From Amphiscolops sp. MND2022 (Eukaryota): DNA of 64,000 nt. The stretch lies in NCBI GenBank assembly GCA_964187785.1, contig OZ076409.1:57352001-57416000 (forward strand). Reading direction: 5' to 3'. The position numbers and the translations under genes were made by a program. Below are positions 12,601-23,228 of this stretch, piece by piece. Position 1 is the first letter of the stretch. Every line of letters begins with the position of its first letter. The notes below the pieces were generated by a model. It was not told where the DNA came from and searched no databases. It saw only the letters and a program-made list of their open reading frames with translations.

Positions 12601-14803
12601 GAGTGAACCACTCAGATGCAAACGCCAGAAGGATGTCAAAGAGATGAAATTGGCAACTGGCACTGACGTGGCTCATGACGATGGGAAAGGGATGAAGTTC
12701 ACCAACTGTGAGAGAACAGCGGCCTCAGATGACTTCGCCACTGACAACCATCTGACGTACCGCCTCACAGACGTGGACGAGCCGATTCAACTCTCGCAAT
12801 TCATCCGTAAAGTATCATTATCACGCCCGGTAATGAGTCAGGTTAGCCCCGCTGAGGGGATCGATCTAATTCAGGTCCAGAAAAATAACTGGGTTATTCA
12901 AAAAATGATTAGATTTTTAGAAGGTACTGAAATTTTGCAACACCCAGTTAATATGCAAGATCAGTTTTTTCAAAAGTTGCACAAAAATCGAAAACGCCTA
13001 CAAGTTGTAAACGGTGTCTTGTACAGACAGTTTTTTGATCACACGGGACTGGAGTCTCACAAGCAGTTAGTTGTTCCTGAAGACTGTATTTTGAAAATAA
13101 TTAGGACTCTACATAACAGCCCGGTACAAGGACACCCTGGTTTAAAGAAAATGTTGTATGAACTTCGTAAAAGATATTACTCTCCTAACTTAGCCTGTAA
13201 AGTTCAAAAAGTCCTTGACGGATGTGAAAACTGCATGAAGTCTAAAAGTGTAAAAGAAACGCAACTACGTCCACCGTTACAAAAAATCTACGACCCGTGC
13301 GACGGACCAGAAGACCTGTTGGAAATAGACATCGTTGGTCCACTCCCGGCGTCGAACGGTTTTACACACATTCTGACGGCTGTTGACGTTTTTTCACGCT
13401 ACCTGTTCGCCGTTCCGCTGAAGAGACCTGATACACATTCCGTAGTCAGAGGATTACTGTCGATCTTCACGAAACACGCGTATGTGCCCAAGCACATTCT
13501 GACGGACAAGGGCACGGCGTTCACGGCTGAACTTCTGTCTGAAATCGCGAAAGCGGCTGATATTCACATCTCCCATGCCACGATAAAGCACGCACAGACA
13601 ATAGGCATGGTGGAGAGAACGCACGCGAAACTGAAAAAGATCCTTAAAATTAGTGTAAACGCAGACCGACCACAATGGGACCGCTATGTCGACATAGCAA
13701 TCATGGCCCATAACACAACGTATCATGATTCACTGAAATGTTCACCAACTGAAATTTTCCACGGAAGAACACCATACAACACACTAGATCTGCAATTCCG
13801 AAACGCAAACAAACCGGCTGAAAAAAAGTGCAAGGACGTGAACGAAATTCTAGACAAAATGAACTTCATCTTTAGAGACAATCTAGATAACATCATTTCC
13901 GCCTATCATAAGTACAAAACGTACTATGATAGAAAAGCACGAGCACAGCCACTGAAGGTGAATGAATTTGTGTTCCTACTAGATCCTAAGTACGACTCTC
14001 AGAGAAGCAAAGAAGAGTTTAAAACTTTCCATTGGAAAGGACCGTACAAGGTGATTAAAGTGCTATCCGATAGCAACTACATCATCCGCAAAGTAGGCAC
14101 ACACCAAACTCAGTGCGTACACAGAATGCGACTGAGGTTGTTCAAACCGGAATTTCCGATTGATGACATCAACGTGTCCAAACATCTCTACCCAGACACT
14201 GAAAGGGTTGAAGACACGGACATTTTCGACTCGAATATTCCGACGACCGACGAAGTAGATCAGAATGAGAATGACAATCTAGATCAAGACTTAGTCGAAG
14301 AAGAGCCTTCAGAAGAAATAATTCCGCAGGTACAAGAACGACACAGTCCACAAGTAATTCCTCCAGAAATAACCACGAGAATAGATTATCAGCAAGTAGA
14401 AACTGACCACAACAACTTTAGACCACCTACAGTTAGATTTGGAACACAAGAGGAAATTATTCTACCGCCCCCCCGCGATGAAAGTAGGATAAGAGTACCT
14501 CTGAGAGACGAACAACACGAAAATCAGTCACAACAGACAAACACGCAAAGTGAAGATGAGGAAAGGATGAGTTCTAGACCTTCTAGAAACAATCGAAGTA
14601 GGTACAGGTTACGCGAAAACCCTACACCGAAAAAATATCCTGACTTCCTTATTCATGAGATTACAACAGCCAGAAACTCTCTGAGAAAGACCAACAAAGT
14701 AAACGTAACGAGTTGGCCAAGAAAAACAACATTTCAAAACACACGATGTGTTAAAGATGAACAATTCACAAAAACGAGTCAATTACATGCAATTTCCATT
14801 TAA
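9623..14803 (+). CDS. pol: Pol polyprotein (protease, RT, RNase H, integrase), uninterrupted 1726 codons
   Basis: LDTGA protease; YVDD RT; CDAS..AAG, KEFLA, TDN RNase H; H-H-C-C, IDIVG/TDKG/GMVER DDE integrase; WKGPY motif. Confidence 0.97.
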   Translation: MIQPRFPPATNDTRDNRLTTQQPTHNRPMKKWQPSQDKRPKADDVYQRRIFNDKKAMGNARQLNGSRFSPLAEINDEQTMNWQPDTMRQVEDAKEMETNHLDDDSTSHSTIDQRLSIKKHAKQSSIKVSKAKKHATKTEIHVLSPTLHLNKKDKMLYVPLQFDKYENSALLDTGAIQSAMSEAELRKITTAHPEAILQELPPPNFKIQIANGNLVPVRKQVLLRFYVAGKVFEETFLILPTMGTILIGMSFFEKYSVNLDIKNHLVHFPNHMMSMQVRQQKNNRFKTGLIDWCSSTRTVIPPLHQVMIQVHSDADISLTTGTVEGSPGFMRKTCLLVSPALVDLDEGKTTTQVTNPNNHTFTFDANTTLAHFRIPTPHQAANITPMPVEHLNLITKYPDEAEAVINQLFVNPKMKSTKWYPTPETCSEPDKLNAIERRIYDEILALRELEKLDPSQSDEQRMNFLKNFNWDDSLLTRSQRLQVEELLVKFNSIFARHRFDIGMNTDFIVKLTPQHEEPVYSQSLPTPTNLKDDLLVELALMQEYGIITTLPHSEYSSPIFAQRKPNGKLRILVDLRRINHLIKNDYGEHNHPLTTIADAAQHMAGKKYFCKLDCSQAYHCIPMADEQSVQLLSFNFGSRTFAFLRLAQGLNRSLSAFTSVVREYLDPLVKADRCAQYVDDIGIAAHTPDELINNLELVFQQLNKAGLKLSMSKCEFGQKQYEYLGKTISSTGIAPIEKRVTDYLTKLKPPNSVKALQRYLGFVNFYRSYIPRLADKTCCLQELIKKDVPFKLNQQHKDAIFEINESLLKATKVSPKLPLPDKQLVIMCDASEHAAGYVLLIEDYADPSVKQTYAPVAFGSKKFQGGQMSLTMYAKEFLAMHFAFDEFGHILWGAKKPINVMTDNKALTRFFQAKHTPPSLWNFCDQTLQFNFLLAHVPGVENPAADYLSRLEIRPEDRVHLKLTDTIPIHRIEIDIASRTPKQEEDEPDYFPASEPLRCKRQKDVKEMKLATGTDVAHDDGKGMKFTNCERTAASDDFATDNHLTYRLTDVDEPIQLSQFIRKVSLSRPVMSQVSPAEGIDLIQVQKNNWVIQKMIRFLEGTEILQHPVNMQDQFFQKLHKNRKRLQVVNGVLYRQFFDHTGLESHKQLVVPEDCILKIIRTLHNSPVQGHPGLKKMLYELRKRYYSPNLACKVQKVLDGCENCMKSKSVKETQLRPPLQKIYDPCDGPEDLLEIDIVGPLPASNGFTHILTAVDVFSRYLFAVPLKRPDTHSVVRGLLSIFTKHAYVPKHILTDKGTAFTAELLSEIAKAADIHISHATIKHAQTIGMVERTHAKLKKILKISVNADRPQWDRYVDIAIMAHNTTYHDSLKCSPTEIFHGRTPYNTLDLQFRNANKPAEKKCKDVNEILDKMNFIFRDNLDNIISAYHKYKTYYDRKARAQPLKVNEFVFLLDPKYDSQRSKEEFKTFHWKGPYKVIKVLSDSNYIIRKVGTHQTQCVHRMRLRLFKPEFPIDDINVSKHLYPDTERVEDTDIFDSNIPTTDEVDQNENDNLDQDLVEEEPSEEIIPQVQERHSPQVIPPEITTRIDYQQVETDHNNFRPPTVRFGTQEEIILPPPRDESRIRVPLRDEQHENQSQQTNTQSEDEERMSSRPSRNNRSRYRLRENPTPKKYPDFLIHEITTARNSLRKTNKVNVTSWPRKTTFQNTRCVKDEQFTKTSQLHAISI

Positions 14804-15410
14804 AATGAACATGAAGATGTAAAATGGATGAAAAGGTACTAAAAATCACATGAAAAACGCATAAAAACAAAACACGATGTAAAACTGATGAAAAACGACC
14901 AAAAAACCAGAAAAAACAACACACAAAAATTTGAGATGAAAAAAGGATGAAATCACATGAAAATTTAGCTCATACACACGAGAGATGAAAAAGTGATGAA
15001 CTCAGTCAAAAATTCAACCAATCAACATGCAATATTTACTAACGATGCATTTGAGATGGAAAATACCATCAGAATGCGAACGCACTCACGTTCATGCTAT
15101 CATAAGACTCGAGCTCGGCTAGAGGATGAAATAGCGATGAACTCGATCCAATTATTCATAAATTACATGAAATCAATTAACGAGATGAATTTGTGATGGA
15201 CACTACCATCAAATCGTGACCGAATTTATCGTTAACCTGACACAATACTCTAGCTTCGCTGGAGGATGTCAAAACGATGAATTTAGTCTAAATGGATATT
15301 CGAAAATATTAAATGACTTACCAAAACCTCCTTGTGATGGGAAACACCATCAACATAACATCACAATAAATCAGCTAATTCTCAAACAACATGTAACTCC
15401 ACGAAACGAT
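14745..15410 (+). repeat. GATG-N7-GATG motif array just downstream of pol
   Basis: GATGTAAAATGGATG, GATGTAAAACTGATG, GATGAAAAAAGGATG, GATGAAATAGCGATG and others at roughly 50-70-bp spacing. Confidence 0.8.
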
Positions 15411-16669
15411 AAAAAACAACCGACTTTATTTCGAATCATGCAAACAGAATTATGCGACACAAAAATGAAATGATCAATACATGTAAAGTTCAAAGACCTG
15501 CCAAATCAATGACGTCACGAAAGAAATTAACAATTCCAAACTACATGCAATACAAATGAGCAACGCACGGAAATATACATGTACCGTTTAAAAATGAATG
15601 AGATAATATATGCAATTCACACCAAAGCCATCCAAACCTAGACGAATAAAAATGAAACAAACAATCGAAAATACATGAAGCCTACTAACTTACATGCAAA
15701 ATATAAAAACTGACGAAACACCCACAAAACGAATAAAGGAGTGAGCACCCCCCAGTAAACATCAGTTCATAACAAGCAAAATACCCCTACCGAAAAGCCA
15801 AAAACATTCCTTCGTGCTGGCTGGCATTTCTCTGAAAAGAGTGCTGGTTAGTTGAGGCGGGGAGCTCACAACCATATTCGGATGAAGCTTGCTGCGTTGG
15901 TTATCCAGCGGCTAGTGGATTCTCAGTTAGTTTTGTAGGGGCTTTGTGACGACAAAGCCCTGTCCAAATGAACGAAAATAAAAACACCAAATTAAAATAC
16001 ATGAAACTAACACCGGACATAAAACAACATGTCGATAATGGGGCAACCCATTTAAAGGAATACATTATGAAAACACGCAAACATGAAACCACACAATATC
16101 ACAAAACTTAATAATTCGAAACATGCAAAGCCGTAGATGTCAATCACCTTGATTGATCAGATTAAATGTCAAATGGACAAACCCATTTTGACATCTGATG
16201 ACAAACAACCGACCGTAAAAATAACATGAAGACTATATATAGCTCAAAACTGAGAGATTTCATTCATCTGAATGGAGCGGAGCAGCTCCACTTACCCAGC
16301 TTTGGATTGGTACCTCAAGTACCTTGCACGCCTACGGGGTTCCAATACCTTTGCTGAGTGAACATCTCTTCGACTGCCACGCAAGCGGCAGTCACAAGAG
16401 TACGAAAAATGATTCATGCAATAAGGTTCAAACTATGACAAATCCGAAACGCAACGAAAATGAGTATAACACATGCACACTAAATTTCATGCAATTTCGA
16501 CAACCTAACAAACGATCAACACCATATGACACTCAAATACATGAAGAAAACACTCCCAAAATACCGCAAAATTGATAAAATACACTCATCTACTATGAAA
16601 AATGCAACTCTCGATCACGTTATAGTAAAATAAACACGAAAAACACGCAAGATAAATATTTTTCCAAAA

Positions 16670-17050
16670 TTACGATGAAAAGAAGATGAACTATGCAGTA
16701 AAATGAGTAAAATTCGACAAGTCAAAACTTGCGATGCAAAAACGATGAACTACAGCAAATAACTCGCCAAAATGATAAAATGCAGGACGAAAAAACGATG
16801 ATATATGTAGAAAAACCACATGAAACAACATGCAGTGATTCGCATATAATTAACGATGTAAAAAAGATGAGAAAACAGTTTTCGCAACGTCGCTCGGCCG
16901 ACTGAGGGAAACGTGACGAAGGTGAGATGAAAAATCCAAACGAAACGCTGTTCAAATTAACTACACTCCCACGAGATGTAATAACGATGATTACCGCAAA
17001 AAGACTAGCTGAGAATTGTGACAACACGCAAAAACGATGTGAAAACGATG
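16670..17050 (+). repeat. GATG-N7-GATG motif array
   Basis: GATGAAAAGAAGATG, GATGCAAAAACGATG, GATGTAAAAAAGATG, GATGTAATAACGATG, GATGTGAAAACGATG at ~60-bp spacing. Confidence 0.8.
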
Positions 17051-17360
17051 CTAATTGGAATTTGGAACTCTGAATGACGAGACCTAACAGCAGAAACTAA
17101 TGATCCGCAAACCTAACCTGCCTACGACCTCAATCACTAACTAGTATCTCAAGAGCAAAACAATTCGAGTGCCACATCATTTAACTTGTAAATACAAGCT
17201 ACCGAACTTTCCGACGTAGCCTTTTAATTTTCCCCCCTCCCAGTATTCTCATTTCTCTTGGCAACCCATTTATGATAACAAAACTACTAACTATAATATA
17301 AAATCAAGCAAAGCAATACAAAAGTTTCAAACAACGGAGTTTACAGTTGGATCTCAAACA

Positions 17361-20300
17361 TTAATTGCCGATCTCCGGACTGGCAGCTCGTTCCCCACTA
17401 AGCGTGTATCCTAGCTCCGCATACAATTGGAGACGATAATCTTCTCCGGCCACAATTCCGATGTCGTCCCACAACATACCCTCGTCCAGCTCCGCCAAAT
17501 TGACCAATCATCGATGTGACTCAGTCACTTCCTCTAACAAAGGGCCGCTCACACTGTCATAATTTTGGATATGATTAGCAGACAAATAGGCCAAAATCAC
17601 AGCACACACACAACTCGTGACATCGCTACTTAACTGCCCAAATCCATCGCAACAAAGACTGCTTCTGCTCTGAACTCCTCCATCTAGGCATAAAACACTG
17701 CGAAGCAGATTCTGAGCGCCACAACTAGAGCAATGGCGAAGAAGATCGATGACAGAACAACCCTCTGTACGTCCTGCTAGTCCCGAGTCACGTCGGAAAT
17801 TGGCAAGGAAATCCAGAAAGCCACGTTCCATCCGACCCTGCTCCGCACGGGTGATCCGACCCAGATCCACAAGCATATCAGTGAAAATCCTGATCTCGTC
17901 TAATAGGACGTCCTCTGCAACAAAACTCAGACAGGGCATACTGAAAACACTGCGCACAAACGACAGATCGTCTCGCACACCCGGCAGATTAATAACAGTC
18001 TTCACAACGGTTAGAATGAAAACCGGAACAAGTGACAAATCCTCTTCATAGAGAGCGGCATTCGAGCCTTGATCGTCCACACAACGAAATCCGTCCAGCA
18101 ACACCTGATGTTTCACTTCTGAGATTTCATAGCTTTCCACATTCAGAAAGAGCCATCCACGAATGTCCAATTCCGATGGTAGCCTTTCTTCATCTACTAG
18201 CATCATCATCAGTGACTTCACAAAGGCAGCACTCTCAATTGCCCAGTAGCACGCGCGCAACGTCGAAGACCCAAAACTCTTCTCGTAGGAGCTGATCACT
18301 GAAAAACACGAATCACAATTATCACAAGAAACAACCAGGTTTAACATTACACCCACAACCGTATAGCTTCCAACTCGATCTCAACAAAAAACCAAAACCC
18401 CCCCGTAACTTACAGAACTAAAGTATTACTAACAAGCACGGTACACAAGACCAAGAACAAGGAGTCTAATCGGAATGCCGATCTCAGCACGTAGTGTCAA
18501 GTCTAAGGCATCCAAAGGCCCTTCACCACTAGCGAAGCGTAGCAAGCATAAGATGTCAGACCAGTTCGTCCGTAACTCCTCGCACACATCGGCCAGGGTC
18601 CAAATGTACACCTCGCCGGTAAGAATCGCCTAAAATGTAAATAATACCATCCCAATCAATTCGATAAAATCAAACAATTACATCACGCCTACACACCTGC
18701 ACAACACTAAAATTATTACATCAACCAATTCTCTAATATACTACGTACTTGCAAAAGTTGAGGGCATCCTAGCAACAGAGGATCTTTCACGTATCCTTTG
18801 AGACGTTTCTGTAAATGGTTCAGTACCACGTGAATGTCTGTACCCCCCAGCACTGATCCGGCCACATCCACAATTGCCCGACTGACATCTGACAGACCCA
18901 GAGATTTCACGTCCAATGATCCGACTCCTGTGCTGCTTCGAAAGAGCCCACCCAGCTGCGGCAACTCATCGCAACACAGTCCAAGTGGGACTGGCTCACC
19001 GAGCATACAGCACCACATGTTCACTAGCCATGTGATTACCCTGCTTTCCCAGTCTCGAGCCACACTGAAGCTAAACACACAGTAGTGCTTGACCCCGTCT
19101 AACAAACACACTGTAACAGTCCCTGTCACGCGCCCTCCCACAACTGACAAATGGAAGCTACTGTAAGTGCTATCGGTCCAGACAGTGATCAGTCGCCGCA
19201 TCACGTACGGCCACAGCCCTAATACGATCACGCTCTAAAACAAAAACACTGTGAATAAAACATAAAAATAGCATCCACCCTACCCCCCACCCACTACTAA
19301 AACTAGAACAACACATAATGGCCAAAAGTATGACTAAAAAACATACGAGTAGACGCTTACCATGACATCTTTCAATCCACATTGCGCCCCAAACAAGACC
19401 GCATGTTGGGGATCGGAAGCCACCAACACTTCCCACAGGTTCGTGACACTGGCAAACTGACAATCCCGATATAGGGCGTCCACAACAAAGCAAATAAACA
19501 GACGAACAGTTCGCTCTGGCCAGTCTTCCCCTTCCTCTTCGTCGCCCCACACAGGTCGTCCAGCACCCTCCAACTCGAAAACTTCCACCACATTAAGTGA
19601 TGGACAGGTCTCTATGAAAGGCACGGACACCCCCTCCAGGTTCACACGGCATTCTGCACTTTCGTCGCTTGTCATGAGAGTTCCATCACGTCGCCGCAAC
19701 GGTAGCCCTCGGTGCAGCCGTACCACACAATCCAGCCAATGATGGCCTAGGCCTCGGCAGTGCTCCATAAAGGTGGTAATGCCTCGGCTGCCCACCTTAA
19801 CATCTCTCTTACACATTAGACATCGCACATACGACATGCGCGACTCGTGATTGCGTGCATATCCTAGCGCCAGCCCGCAGTATGGATGATCAAACCATCC
19901 AGACTTAATCACTTTCTTTCCTGATAATCACAACCACACAATATAGCAAAAGTAATACCATTACAAACCATCATAGACAACGACTAAAATCATCTGTTAC
20001 ACATCAGAAAAATCGAAAAATGCAAAAGTCACAAGTAAAAACCACAAAAGTTCACCCGGAGTGATGAAAACACGATGTAAAATAATATTTTCATCGGGAA
20101 ATATAAGCGAAAAACGAAGAAAAAACGAAAAGATGAAAAAGAGATGTGTTTGCAGACCACCAGAATGAAAATTGAAACTTTTAAAGGCGAAAAACTCGAA
20201 CGATGAAAAAGAGATGTATAGAACGACTTTGAACCAAAATTGAGATATTTTAGAGCGAAAACAACTTAACGATGAAAAAGGGATGTAAACTGAAAAGAAA

Positions 20301-22049
20301 ACACTGAAAAATAGCCAAAACGAAAAGAAAAATTTTAAGGATGTAAAAGAGATGAAAAGTGGCTAAAATAGCTAGAATGCAAGGCAAAAGAGAAAAAACG
20401 CCATGTTCGAAAACTTTTAACGATGAGAAAATGATGAAAAACACAACATGCAAAACTGAACAGTGAAAAGAGCTAAAACGATGGAAAATAGATAAAAAAG
20501 GAGAAAAACGCGAAAAATACTAGTGGAAGCGGAAATGAAAAGAGTAAAAACGGAAGGTTACTGATCAAATACTTCACAGGTTTCAAAGCTGTTTAGGTAA
20601 CCTGGTAGATGAGACGCGATTGGCTCATCATCGGAGTCATTGAGGCTGGGCCCCAACGGTGAGGTCTCTCCTAATACAGTATCTGGTGCAGGAACAACGT
20701 CGCCAGGATCAGGACCTACAGACGGAGAACCACTGAAGGAGAAGTCCTCGGGAATCTCAACCCCTGTCTCAGTGCTACTGGCCGAGGGAAGATCGGGCTG
20801 GTCAACGACTGGCTCCACCACCGAAAGGACGTCAGCGATCAACGAGGAAGCAACGGGAGGCGACTCGACAGGAGGATCGTGCACGGTGGAGGAATCACTG
20901 GTCTCCACAACAGCTTGCACTGCTACGTCAGCAGAATTGCACACTGTATTGATGGCCACATCCACTTGCTGCACCTCATCCCTCGTTGAGGTACCATGGC
21001 ACACAGTCACCCGAGAAGGAGGAGGACTTCTGGCAGCGAATTCACAATCCAAGTATCTCTGGAAGTTGGGCGACAACACGGAGACTGGAGCCCTTGCGAC
21101 CGGAGAACTGGTTGAGAGATCCTGTAAGAAGGAAGACAGCTCAAGCTGAGGAGGCCCTCCTTGGGTACTGACGTCGACGCTGTCATTGCCGAAGTCACTG
21201 GTCCCAATCGCAATGGAGTAAGTGATGGGACGCGGTCTCGGGGCATGGATAGGCGTTGGACCTGAAAGAAAGAAACAATTACTGGACGACGATGATTGGA
21301 GAAGAAAGAGCGCGTACGCCGCGCGAAGAAAGAAGACCGGAGAAGAATTCATCCAAAACTCATCTTCAAAAATGGGATTTACAGCGAGTCAGTCATGAAG
21401 AGCTGTGAATGTTCATGACACATCCTTAATTCATCTTAAAAATGAATTACATGGATAATCGACCATAAAGGGCACTACATGCAGATGAGATGTGTACATC
21501 GGAATTACATCGGAGTGTCAGGACGATAGCCTAGTACAAGGAAGAAAGTTGTAGAGGAGTTAACTCACTATACTGCAGGATACTCTCTCGCAGCATGTCT
21601 CGCATGTGGCGGTCATACCACCCAAAGGTGACGCTGCCAAGAGAGGCATACCAAGGGTAGTGATCTAAACATCAAACGGAAAGAGTCAGTGTTTGAATGG
21701 ATCGGAGATGAGAAACGAAGAGATTGCAGACTGAACATGATGATCTGAGAGGATGGAACTTACACTGCGGAAGGTACGGGACATTAGGGACCTGCTCAAA
21801 TTGTTGCTCAGGTTGAATCTGAGCTGCTGGAACTGCTGCTTGCACTTCAGGAGCCTGTTGAGGCGAAACGGTCTGGAGCGTGGTCAGGTCGGAGATGACC
21901 CCAACAGAATGGACTGAGTCCGCTAAAGCAAAACGTGCTTTCAGTACCTAATTGTTCCCTAACCCGTTTGTGACGAAAAGAAAAATAGTGCACTTACTTT
22001 CTGTGGCCTCGGTCTCAGGTAATGAATGAACTGAGTGAATCTCTGACAT
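17361..22049 (-). CDS. Antisense spliced accessory gene of element A (~1048 aa): low-complexity N-terminus, BED-like zinc finger, hAT-transposase-like body; one in-frame TGA at 17508-17510
   Basis: Exons 21998-22049, 21764-21922, 21569-21664, 20602-21261, 19361-19920, 18749-19234, 18434-18629, 17361-18298; all GT-AG with matching phases (1,1,1,1,0,0,1), total 3147 nt. Finger CLMC-X16-H-X5-H. The donor at 20601 is the least certain. hAT assignment is by eye. Confidence 0.8.
20060..20495 (+). repeat. GATG-N7-GATG motif array inside an intron of the antisense gene
   Basis: GATGAAAACACGATG, GATGAAAAAGAGATG (twice), GATGAAAAAGGGATG, GATGTAAAAGAGATG, GATGAGAAAATGATG at ~60-70-bp spacing. Confidence 0.8.
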
Positions 22050-23228
22050 TTTGAATGTGAACGAGAATTGCAAGCAACAATCTGAAAAGAATGGAAGAAG
22101 GTGAAAGAAGGAAAGAAATCGACGAATCCAGGAACAGAGAATTTGATCAGTAATTAAATGGCCTGATCAACCATGATTACGGAAGAGCAAATTCAATAGA
22201 AGATTTCAAAGAGCGCGACGCAGCTTGAATGCCATGTTAATCAAATACTTGAAGTCAGAAGATGAAAAATCGATGAACAACTCTCCGATTTCAAATACTG
22301 ACATCACTTTTCTTCTTAGTACAACCAACTCAAGCTTTCTCTGAAAATGGATCGTCCTCTCCTAGGACTTGACAAAAAACGTCAAGTATTTGATTTGTTG
22401 ACAGCTGCCAGTCTCAGATCAATACCGACGAAGTTGAGCGGAAACGCGCAAAGGAAATCGTGGCGATTTTCAAACCGACTTGAATGGAGGATGATTTATG
22501 GATGAGAATGCTGCTGACAACCGGTTGTAATTTCCTTCAGTTATAAATTCAGTCTCAGCCAATCAGATCGAGCAACAATTGCTATGGCGACGAATTCATC
22601 TCTTTCTCATCGCTCAAAAGTCGAGCAGCGGAAGTAACTTTTGACAGTTGCTATGACGACGATTCATCTTCTTTCCATCGCGAGTAAACAAAGCAGCGGC
22701 GCCAGCCGTTCCGCTAAACCAGCATCGATGTCTCGCTGAGCAAACAATTCATCGTTCATTCATCCCGAGAATTTGGATTTAGACGAATGGCGGCGACAAC
22801 TCACTGCGAATTTGTCAATGAAGATGCCTTGAATGTTTACTCAGCGTAGGCGGCCTGGGGGAAAACTTTTCTCCAGGAAATCGAGATTTCTACCGAAATA
22901 ATCAACAAACCGAGCTCCCGTCAAAAGCATGACGACCAATAAAATGCAGATCAGCGGACATTCGATGGGCCAAGAATTAGAGTTGCCGCGTCGAAAATTT
23001 TAACCGAAATCACCCAGGATGATGCCAGAAAATGACGATTACCGAAGGTCCTCTTCTCAGAGAAGCTCTCACAGGACAGAACAAACGAAGGAAATGCCAA
23101 CTCAAGAACAAGCGAAGGATCAATTTTCTCCCTAACCAAACGAAGGAAACAGTCGAAGCCAACGCCGAGACAACCATCCTCTGCACATTTGGCCCCTGCA
23201 CTCTCAGTCCAAATCCCACCCCCGGGAG

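Noticed and set aside
16150..16230. Hammerhead ribozyme (hairpin followed by CTGATGA)
   Set aside because: No stem II or GAAA core follows; CTGAT pairs as an extension of the hairpin.
18408..18413. GTAAGT donor for exon 7 of the antisense gene
   Set aside because: Lies after in-frame stops and has the wrong phase; the GTTAGT donor at 18433 fits the phase and matches the intron position in element B.
14804..23228. env-like third ORF
   Set aside because: No long sense ORF, signal peptide or transmembrane fusion protein pattern; the coding signal is antisense and spliced.
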